64,000 nt of DNA from the human T2T-CHM13v2.0 reference genome, Homo sapiens. A program made the position numbers and the translations under genes. Positions within the stretch are counted from its first letter, which is position 1. Each line of letters opens with the position of its first letter. The stretch lies in NCBI RefSeq assembly GCF_009914755.1, contig NC_060934.1; one strand, 5' to 3'. Below are positions 26,349-39,260 of this stretch, in pieces. The notes under the pieces were generated by a model. That model was not told the DNA's origin and did no database searches. It worked only from the letters and a program-made list of their open reading frames with translations.

Positions 26349-26747
26349 TGTCAGGCCTCTGAGCCCAAGCTAAGCCAACATATCCCCTGTGACCTGCACG
26401 TATAAATCCAGATGGCCTGAAGTAACTGAAGAATCACAAAAAAAGTGAAAACGTCCTGTCCCTGCCTTAACTGATGACATTACCTTGTGAAATTCCTTTT
26501 CCTGGCTCATCCTAGCTCAAAAGCTCCCGCACTGAGCACCTGGTGACCCCCACCTCTGCCAGCCAGAGAACAACCCCCTTTGATGTAATTTTCCACTATC
26601 TACCCAAATCTTATAAAACGGCCCCGGCCCTATCTCCCTTCACTGACTCTCTTTTCAGACTCAGCCTGCCTGCACCCAGGTGATTAAAAAGCTTTATTGC
26701 TCACACAAAGCCTGTTTGGTGGTCTCTTCACGTGGAAAAGAGTGAAA
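26349..26747 (+). repeat. 3' LTR7 (LTR7B-like)
   Basis: Direct repeat of 20572-20970, with ATTAAA at 26683-26688. Confidence 0.93.
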
Positions 26748-27699
26748 CTATATAAAATAGATTTCTTTGGAAAATATTTCAAAGTTAAGGGTGTATGTTA
26801 CAGTTGGTTTCATCTTATCCTTTCACTTAACATTATATTGTGAGTGTTTTCTGATATTATTACAATTTTTCAATGACATGGGTATTGAGAGCTTCATAAT
26901 AATATTGCAAAATATGGATGTAGGATGTAGGATGACTTCTCGGTCTCCTTTCTTTGTTCTTTTTTTCATTTCCTTTCTTCCATCCTTCCTTCCTTTCCTC
27001 CTTCATTCCTTTTTTCCTTCCTTCTCTCCAATCCTTCCTCTTACTTCCTTCCTTTGTTCCTTCCCTCCATTCTCTTCTTCCTCATTTTTTCCCCTTCCTC
27101 CCTGCCTTCCAGATTCCTTCCTTTTTAGCTTAATTAAATGTATACATTCACATCATTTAAATAGTCAACGTGATCTACAAGGTAGGAGACATAGCAACCC
27201 CCTTCCCCATTCCACCCTATTTCCCAGTCTCCAGAGGTAACCACATATAACTCTTTTGGTGCCTATTTTGTGATTTGTTGCCACACCCTGAGATTCTTCC
27301 ATGCTGTCTTTTTTCAGTTTAAAGTATTTATTATAGTTAACCTACCACAATACATGATACCATGATACACATGAGTTATATAGTCTTAACTAGCCTTTTG
27401 ATTTTTTTTTCCTTTTAAGCATGAGACCACAAGGAGTCACATACTGACCTTTAGGCAGGACAGTGCTTTACTCAGAAATCCCTGACCATGAGCTGAGTGC
27501 AATGATTCCTTGACTGTGGGTTGGCTCCCCTGGGAAAGGTCCCATTATGTTCTATGTTTGGGAAGAAGTGTATACATGGTTATTTAGGGCCAGAGCAGGA
27601 TACTGTTGTGGAAACAACTCATGATCCTTCCAAATTAGTGTTTCCCCTTCATAATATGAAGTCGTCACCAGGAAGGGGGCTTCCTACTCTGCAGCTACA

Positions 27700-28020
27700 T
27701 GAACTAACCTTCACTTCTCCCCAGGTGGGCCATGAACTAGTGCTTCCTAATAGAATGTGAGTGAATGTGATGTATGTCATTTCCAAGTAAAGATGGTTAA
27801 GAATCAGGTGTACCCTCTTTACTCTCAATTTCCAGGCTCTAGGGGATGGTAGAGTCACAGGATGGAAGAACTCTGTGTCCTTGAATCATTGCATGGAAGA
27901 GAACTGGAAGTTGCCCAGGAACACCAGCCTTGGACAGTTATGTGAACAAGAAATAAACTTCTTTTACAGTGTCATTTATGTTTTTGAGCATCTTTGTTAC
28001 AGCGGCTAGGTGTATACTAA
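27700..28020 (+). mobile_element. Old MLT1 (MaLR) LTR
   Basis: AATAGAATGTGAGTGAATGTGATG...GAAATAAACTTC...TTTGTTACAGC. Confidence 0.6.
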
Positions 28021-28511
28021 TTCAGGGATTCTGTGATAGCAATATTTCTTCTTCTTTTGAGTAGGTTTCCAAAACTTGATTTTCCACAATTCTGAAATAT
28101 TTTGGTTCTGGGATAAACTTTTCTACTCTTTTGGCAGCACAAAGATCCCTTTGTACAGAGGCACTGATTTGTCTTCTTCTGGAGTAGCATCCCAGTTTCT
28201 CACTGTGGCCAACAAAGCGAATAAAAAGAAAAAAAGGATCTGAAATAGCAATCCAGCGGCAGCCACCAATACCTGATAATACTATAGTCAAAGCTCCACA
28301 TTAGAGAACAGACCACTTTCAGGTGAGTGGCCCCTGGCCCTAGAAGTAAGTGGTATTCAAAGATGGTAAATGGTATGGGTGGCAGTAGAAGGTAGTAATA
28401 ACTAACCCTTATTGGGCATTTACCATGTGCCAAGCACTGTTCTCAGAGCTTTATACATAGTAGTCCACTCAATCTCCACAAAACCCTATGTGGTAAATAC
28501 TAACATAATTC

Positions 28512-28797
28512 CTTTTTCTTTTTTAGAGACCTAGTCACGTTCTGTCACACAGGCTGGAGTACAATGGTGCAATCTTGGTTCACTGCAGCCTCAAACTCCT
28601 GGGCTAAAGCAATCCTCCTGGGTAGCTAGGAGGACAGGCTCATGCCACCATGCCTGGCTACTTTTTTTTTTTTTAATTGTAGAGATAGGGTCTTGCTATG
28701 TTGCCCAGACTTGTTTCAAACTCCTGGCCTCAAGCAATTCTCCTGCCTCTGCCCCTCAAAGTGCTGAGATTACAGACATGAGCCACTGTACCTGGGC
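28512..28797 (-). mobile_element. AluJ, antisense, inserted in a MIR
   Basis: T-rich start followed by reverse-complement Alu with CACTGCAGCCTCAAACTCCTGGGC. Confidence 0.88.
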
Positions 28798-28844
28798 ACA
28801 ATTCTCATTTTAAAAATGAAGAAATTGAGGCACAGAAAGGTTTC

Positions 28845-29204
28845 TAATATGGTTTGGCTTTGTGTCCCCACCCAAATCTCATCTCAAATTATAATCCCCA
28901 TAATCCTCATGTGTCAAGGGCAGGACCTGATGGGAGGATTGGATCATAGGGGTGGTTTCCCCCATATTATTCTCATGATAATGAGTGAGTTTTCATGAGA
29001 GCTGATGGTTTTATAAGCATCTGACATTTCCTCTGCTTACATTCACTCCCTCCTGCTGCCTTGTGAAGAAGGTGCCTTGCTTCCCCTTTGCCTTCTGCCA
29101 TGATTGCAAGTTTCCTGAGCCCTCCCCATGGAACTGTGATTCAGTTAAACCTCTTTCCCAGTCTCAGGTAGTATCTTTCTAGAGTATGAGAACAGACTAA
29201 CACA
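28845..29204 (+). mobile_element. THE1 (MaLR) solo LTR
   Basis: ATATGGTTTGGCTTTGTGTCCCCACCCAAATCTCATCT...GACTAACACA, with 5-bp TSD GTTTC. Confidence 0.88.
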
Positions 29205-29343
29205 GTTTCCATCTCTATTACTTAACAGCAGCAGTCAGATCCCGGCCCCCTTTTCTCCACCCATATGTAATTCCTCTTACGGTCTCCACTTACTCTTTTT
29301 TTTCCCCATGGACTTGTCCCATATTGTCTAATTTATTTATTAT

Positions 29344-29523
29344 TGTATTAGTCTACATTGGCTGCCATAATGAAAAATCACAGACTAGGTGGCTTAAGCA
29401 ACAGAAATCTATTTTCTCACAGTTCTAGATGCTAGAAGTCCAAGTTGGTTTCTGGTGAGACCTCTCTTCCTGACCTGGAGATGGCAGCCTTTTCTTTATC
29501 TTCACATGGCCTTTCCTCTGTGT

Positions 29524-29574
<51 letters not shown>

Positions 29575-29784
29575 TCTGAGGTCTCTTCTTTTTCTTCTTG
29601 TTTGTATGAAGACGTCAGTGTTACCAGATTAGGGGTTACCAGATTAGGGGCCCCACCCTTAAGACCTCATTTAACCTTAAATACCTCCTCACAGGCCCTA
29701 TCTCCAAACAAAGTTACGTTGAGGGTTAGGGCTTCAATGATGAATTTTGGGAAAGGAGTTGGGAACTCAATTCAGTCCAAAGCA
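29344..29784 (-). mobile_element. MLT1A-like MaLR LTR
   Basis: TGTATTAGTC...GGTGGCTTAAGCAACAGAAAT...TCTCACAGTTCTAG...AATTCAGTCCA. Confidence 0.75.
29529..29572. repeat. (GA)22 microsatellite
   Basis: Perfect GA run. Confidence 0.95.
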
Positions 29785-29789
29785 GTTGT

Positions 29790-29942
29790 TTATTGCCATC
29801 TCTTCCTGATAGAATATAAGCTCCATGAAGACAGAGATCTTTGTGTACTGATGTATCTTAAGAGCCTAGAATGGTGCCTGGCACATAGTAGATTCTCAGT
29901 AAGTATTGATTTGATGAACGAATGGTGAATGAATGAATGAAA
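29790..29942 (+). mobile_element. L2 3' end
   Basis: TAAGCTCCATGAAGACAGAGA...GTGCCTGGCACATAGTAG...TGAATGAATGAA. Confidence 0.75.
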
Positions 29943-30113
29943 CAAATACTCCTAGTGTTCTAACAGGGATAAGTGTACAAATTGTCCCAGCAGAAGTTTA
30001 TTTAGCATGGTCTTATTTCTGAATAGGACTATGGAAAGATAAAGTCATTTACCCGCATCAAGTTTCCACTCAAAGACTGCCCAACTGCAGTCTAAAAAAT
30101 TAATGCTGAAAAA

Positions 30114-30497
30114 TGTCTTAGTCCATTTTTTTCTGCTATAACAGAATACCACAGATGGGCAGATTGGGAGATTGGGTAATTTATAATGAACAGACATTTA
30201 TGGACACATGGTTCTGGAGGCTGGAAAGTCCAAGATCAAGGGGCCACATCTGGCCAGGGCCCTCTTACTGGGTCATCCCATGATGGAAGGGTAAATAGGG
30301 GGTGAGGGTGAGCAAGAGAAGGTTGAAGTCATCCTTTTATATGGAACTCCGTCCCTCAATAATGGCATTAATCTATTCAAGAGGACAATGCCCCCATAAC
30401 CCAAATACCTCCCATTAGGTCCCACCTCCCAACACTGCCACATTGGGGATCAAGTTTCCAACACATGAACTTTGGAGGACATATTCAAACCACAGCA
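30114..30497 (-). mobile_element. MST (MaLR) solo LTR
   Basis: TGTCTTAGTCCAT...GCTATAACAGAATACCACAGA...CATATTCAAACCACAGCA. Confidence 0.8.
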
Positions 30498-30549
30498 AGA
30501 AGAAATGGTGTTTAATTAATTTTTGAAAAAAGAATAAGAATGGGGAGCT

Positions 30550-30957
30550 GGCCAAGTGCTGTGGCTTATGCCTGTAATCCCAGCACTTTGGGATGCTGAA
30601 GCAGGAAGATCAGTTGATCCCAGGAGTTTGAGAGCAGCCTGGGAAACATAGTGAGACCCTATCTCTACAAGAAATAAAAAATTAGCTGGGTGTAGTGGCA
30701 CTCATCTGTGATCCCAGCTACTCAGGAGACTGAGGTGGGAAGATCACTTGAGCCTGGGAGGGAGGTCAAGGCGACAGTGAGCTCTGATTGCGCCACTGCA
30801 CTCCAGCCTGGGTGACAGAGCAAGACTCTGTCTGAAAAGAAAAAAGAAAAAAAGGAAGAAAGGAAAGGAAATGAAATGAAAGGAAAGGAAAGGAAAGGAA
30901 AGGAAAGGAAAGGAAAGGAAAGGAAAGGAAAGGAAAGGAAAGGAATGGAAAGGAAAA
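30550..30957 (+). mobile_element. AluJ with tail expanded into a (GGAAA)n microsatellite
   Basis: Alu body to ~30835, pentamer array ~30855-30955, and TSD AAGAATGGGGAGCT on both sides. Confidence 0.9.
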
Positions 30958-31656
30958 AAGAATGGGGAGCTATTTTATTAACTATATCAATATTTTTGAA
31001 GTTCATGTGGAAGACCATTTTAAACGTGTATTTGTGAATGAGTACAGAAGGGAATGTCATATAGGTGGGAACACATTGTTTTCAAATTACAGCCCATTGT
31101 GGGGATCAAGAGAACCCACTGGGCTACCTAAGTATTCCTCTAACAAGTGCGAATACTATTGAACAGTCACCAGCTCTTCTAGGTGGACAAAACTTCAGTT
31201 AAAAATAGACTCAAAACAAAAAAGAGGGTCAAATTTTTTAAAAAATCTCAAGGAAAAAGCATAGAGTTTCATTTTATAGAAGTAAAAGTATTTTTGCTTA
31301 CATTCAATATATTATTTGGTTCTCAGACTTTAGCATCCATTATAATTATCTGGAAGGCTTATCAACACCTAGATTTCTGGGTCCCACACTGGAATTTCTG
31401 ATTCTATCAGTCTAGAATGGGGCCTAAGAATTTGCACTTCCAGGTGATGCTGATATTGCTGGTGGCAAGTAGCAATATGAGAATTATTGCATTATACCAT
31501 CTGTAGTTGATGTAACCCATTCCAGGAACAGGAAGCAAATCTATATTCTATATAAATGAAATCTATTGTTCTAGGAAATATGAACAGGGCCTATATTCCA
31601 GGAAAAAGACACATATATATTTGTAGCAACGAGGTTAGGCAGAACTCTTTCTAATA

Positions 31657-31880
31657 AGTTTCATTTTCTCAAAATAGAAATAACACCAGGAGAAAGTTGG
31701 TTTTCCTTTTCAGTTGCTATTTTGCAATCACATTGCATGCATAGTCTCACACTAACCCAGCTACTAAATCAGCTGATGCATACCTGCTGTGGTAACATTA
31801 TATACAGGCACTAGCCATACAAATTTCTGAAGTGTAAATCAGTATCTCAACCATTTCAAAGCACAGTGACCATGGCAAAA
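31657..31880 (+). promoter_or_regulatory. Relic IFIT-type promoter/first exon with intact ISRE but no splice donor
   Basis: ISRE AGTTTCATTTTC (31657-31668), second TTTCCTTTTC (~31702-31711), ATCAGCTGATGC (31768-31779, identical in the IFIT3 promoter), TTATATA (31798-31804), TTTCTGAAG..AAATCAG, then ACCATG-GCAAAA at 31869-31880. Confidence 0.65.
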
Positions 31881-32073
31881 CCTTTCTCTATGCTTCTCCC
31901 CAACCAGTACCTTTATTCACAAGATTTTAAAATTCCTATCCAATAGTTTTCTTGAATACTGAGTTCAAAAAATAAATCAAACCAAACCCACAGCATTTCC
32001 ACTTTCCTATTTCAGCATTTCTTAAAAACCTAACATACATTTCTGTAAGTACCTAATAGAACTTGTAAATAGA

Positions 32074-32385
32074 AGCCAGGCACTGTGGCTCATGCCTGTA
32101 ATCCTAGCACTTTGGGAGTGCTTCCCAAGGCGGGCAGATCCCTTAAGGCCAGAAGTTCATGACCAGACTGGCCAACATGGCAATACCCCATCTCTACTAA
32201 AAATACAAAAATCAGCTGGGCCTGGTAGCTGGGCCAAGTAGCCAGCTACTTGGGAGGGTGAGGCACGAGAACTGCTTGAACCCGGTAGGCAGAGGTTGCA
32301 GAGAGCCAAGATCTCACCACTGTAGTCTAGCTTTGGCAACAGAGCGAGACTGTCTCAAAAAAAAAAAAAAAAAAAAAGAAGAAGA
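32074..32385 (+). mobile_element. AluS
   Basis: Alu dimer, poly(A), TSD AGAACTTGTAAAYAGAA. Confidence 0.9.
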
Positions 32386-32824
32386 AGAACTTGTAAACAG
32401 AAAAGGAACTTGAAACTCTTGCGTAAGACACAAAAGTAAGGGTTTCCAACTGGGACAGGCTTAGCTGTGCATCCTAATCAAAGGGTGGAGACTTTTTAGG
32501 AAGGATAGTTTCTTTTTCCTCCCTGCCCTAGGCAGAAAAAAAATTATGGTAAATAACTTTTCCCAAGACTGAATAACCTACCTTAACAACCTCAGTTTTG
32601 CTGGAGAATGTGTTCTATCTGTGCTTTGTGTAATTTTCTGACCTCAATCTTTGAGGTACTATTATTTTCTTTTGGGCCTATATACATGATTACCCCCTTT
32701 GTGACTAAGGGTATGAATAAGGAAAATACATTTCTTCTATCATTACAAAACACTATGGCTGTACATTGTGATTTGGGGATGTCAAATACCAGGGCAACAA
32801 GCAGGGATTTAAAATATGGTGGGG

Positions 32825-36429
<3,605 letters not shown>

Positions 36430-36496
36430 GGGGGAAAATATTGTGGGGCTTGGGGAAGCCAAGAACATAAGGAGATGTTAGGAATTGTTTGGCTTA

Positions 36497-36870
<374 letters not shown>

Positions 36871-37423
36871 TTAATAATTATAATAGAAACTAGCATTTAC
36901 TTATTACTGCCAGGCATTATTCTAAGGACATTTCACGTATTCTCTCATTTCATCCTCCCAACACCACAATAAACCAGTAGTTGTATTATTCCCAATTTAC
37001 AAAACCGAAGCAGAGACATTCAATAATTTTCCCCAGAGTTTCATAGCATAAAGGTGGAAGCTGATTTCAAATCCAGATAGACAGACATCACTGCCCATGC
37101 TTCTAATCATGTATTCATTTAGTCAACAACTACTTTTGGAATGCTTGCCATACCATGCAATGTGCAGGTTGTTTTGCAGGGACTGGAGATTCAGCAATGA
37201 TTCAGACTAAAATCCCCTGCCCTGTCGAGGCTAAATAACTGCTCCTTACAGTGGCCTGTGGATCATATTGGTATAAGGCAGAGCAAAGATGGGTTAATAT
37301 GGTAATCACAAGGCAGGGAGCTTTGTAAATGTGTCCTCCTAGGAGTTGTGCTCCCTTGATGCCATCAGTACATTCCACAAAGAGGAAGTTCTTCTAACTC
37401 ACTACGCAGCTGGGCTTGGCTCT

Positions 37424-37745
37424 TACTCAAGAGCATTTTGGGGTGAAAATATCTAAGTTTACCAGCCCTTGTGCAAATCTGAGATGAAGGACTACATTAA
37501 AAGTAAAATTCACCTTAGCAGGAAGTGGGGTTTGCTATTCTGTGTATATCTTTAACAGTATCTGCTGAAAAGAACCCTTTTGTTAAATAATTGTATTACA
37601 AGTCCCCAACTTAATCTTTTCGAATATGAAATAAGAGAGGGACAGTGCACAAGAGCAATGTCCCCAGACCCATCTTTAAGTGAAGCACCAGGCCGATGAA
37701 ACATCCCTCTCTGCTGCCTTCTTTCTCTGATCACAACTCAGCTCC
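37424..37745 (+). repeat. Inverted repeat, left arm (322 bp), upstream of the IFIT2 promoter
   Basis: Reverse complement of 38237-38562. Hand alignment gives 12 substitutions and 2 indels (3 bp and 1 bp). Confidence 0.97.
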
Positions 37746-37762
37746 GGAGGAAAAAGAGTCCT

Positions 37763-37787
37763 CTAAAGTATAATAAAAAGAAAAAAA
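37763..37787 (+). mobile_element. Ultra-short L1 3'-tail insertion (25 bp)
   Basis: CTAAAGTATAATAAAAAGAAAAAAA matches the L1PA terminus TAAAGTATAATAA(A)n and lies between perfect 13-bp repeats GAAAAAGAGTCCT (37750-37762 and 37788-37800). Confidence 0.75.
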
Positions 37788-37803
37788 GAAAAAGAGTCCT
37801 GCC

Positions 37804-37830
37804 AATTTCACTTTCTAGTTTCACTTTCCC
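37804..37830 (+). promoter_or_regulatory. IFIT2: Tandem ISREs of the IFIT2/ISG54 promoter
   Basis: AATTTCACTTTCT followed by AGTTTCACTTTCCC, the classical ISG54 ISRE. Confidence 0.95.
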
Positions 37831-37835
37831 TTTTG

Positions 37836-37891
37836 TAACGTCAGCTGAAGGGAAACAAACAAAAAGGAACCAGAGGCCACTTGTATATATA
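37836..37891 (+). promoter_or_regulatory. IFIT2: IFIT2 core promoter: CRE-like TAACGTCA, E-box TCAGCTGA, TATA box
   Basis: TAACGTCA at 37836-37843, TCAGCTGA at 37841-37848 and TATATATA at 37884-37891. TSS expected ~37915. Confidence 0.75.
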
Positions 37892-37991
37892 GGTCTCTTC
37901 AGCATTTATTGGTGGCAGAAGAGGAAGATTTCTGAAGAGTGCAGCTGCCTGAACCGAGCCCTGCCGAACAGCTGAGAATTGCACTGCAACC

Positions 37992-37996
37992 ATGAG
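37992..37996 (+). CDS. IFIT2: IFIT2 coding exon 1 (ATG AG)
   Basis: ACCATGAG|GTAAAT donor. Joining to 41830 gives MSENNKNSLESSLRQLKCHFTW, the IFIT family two-exon structure. Confidence 0.95.
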
Positions 37997-38236
37997 GTAA
38001 ATATTTTCCCTTCGTATTCGGTAGTGCTGTTGAGTCATCTTGTCCAATGCAAATCCTGAGAAGCTATGTTCCCAAAGAGGGCCAGCTCCATTTTAGTGTT
38101 TGTTTATAGCCTTACTATGCCTCTACCTCTGTTGGTTGTAAATCTGTCTTACCAATGGTGGTTTGTTCCCTCCTGAACAATTTTCTGCTTCACACTGGCA
38201 AGCTTCCTAAATTCATCTCCAGAACTGCACGCCTGG

Positions 38237-38562
38237 GGAGTTGAGTTGCAATCAGAGAAAGAAGGCAGCAGAGAGGGATGATGTTTCATCGGCCTGGTGC
38301 TTCACTTAAAGATGGGTCTGGGGGCATTGCTCTTGTGCACTGACCCTGTCTTATTTCATATTTGAAAGGATTAAGTTGGGGACTTGTAATACAATTATTT
38401 AACAAAAGGGTTCTTTTCAGCAGATACTGTTAAAGATATACACAGAATAGCAAACCCCACTTCCTGCAAAGGTGAATTTTACTTTTAATGTAGTTCTTCA
38501 TCTCAGATTTGCACAAGGGCTGGTAAACTTAAATATTTTCACCCCAAAATGCCTCCTGAGTA
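38237..38562 (-). repeat. Inverted repeat, right arm (326 bp), in the IFIT2 intron
   Basis: Reverse complement of 37424-37745. Confidence 0.97.
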
Positions 38563-39086
38563 TGAATTAGAGATGGAGTGCTTGGAGAAAATAGTTCTGT
38601 TCTCACCTCTAACATTCCCTTCTATCCCCAAAACATGAGACTGCCCTGGAGAGGAAGTGTTAGCTCATTGAATAGGAAGGGAAATATTTTCTCCAGTTTG
38701 AAGGTGGGGTGGCCGGACCTGGTTGCCTAACCCTCATCCTGGGAGCTCTGGAATCCCGTGTTACCAACCCCTGTGCTTACTTCCTATGAGACACCTTGCC
38801 TTCTGTCTGTGAGGTTCCTGATTTCTCTTCTTGAAACGATATTATTTCCTGCTAGTCTAAATGTTCTGCCTGATTTCAAAAAAAAAAAAAAAAGATTTGA
38901 GATATTTACAGATTTCTTTTTTTTGTAGTCACCCAGAATCTATAGAACCCTTTTCTTATTTCTTAGAATTTTAGCATGGTCTTATCTTAGAATTTTTCCC
39001 ATTACAATACAGACCCATCTGTCCTTTCTTTCCTTAATTCTTTATCTATTGTGACTTTCACTGGGCATTGCCCTTGTGCCCTAAGA

Positions 39087-39260
39087 CAGTGGTTCTCAAA
39101 ATTGAGCATGCATAAAAATTGCCTGGACAGCTTATTAAGGACAGAGTCCTAGGGTTGACTCCCCAGAGATTCTCATTAAGTGGGTCTGGGTTAGAGTCTG
39201 AGGATGTGTGTTTCTAAAAGGCTCCTCAGTGATTCTGAGACTGCGGTGGTAGCATTAGTT
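39087..39260. mobile_element. MER5A-like hAT-Charlie MITE
   Basis: CAGTGGTTCTCAAA...CCCCAGAGATTCT...GGTCTGGG...TTTCTAA. Confidence 0.7.

Larger units (their letters stand above)
20572..26747 (+). mobile_element. HERV-H provirus (6176 bp; common deleted form, env largely missing, non-coding)
   Basis: Two 399-bp LTRs, 5-bp TSD CTATA (20567-20571 and 26748-26752), tRNA-His PBS, PPT at 26336-26348, and gag/pro/pol fragments. Confidence 0.97.

Noticed and set aside
26767-27240. 157-aa hydrophobic ORF
   Set aside because: Produced by a CT-rich low-complexity tract (~26940-27125).
28065-28328. Candidate exon ending in a consensus donor CAG|GTGAGT (GT at 28323)
   Set aside because: No ORF, no IFIT exon-1 similarity and an ambiguous acceptor; it cannot be supported without transcript data.
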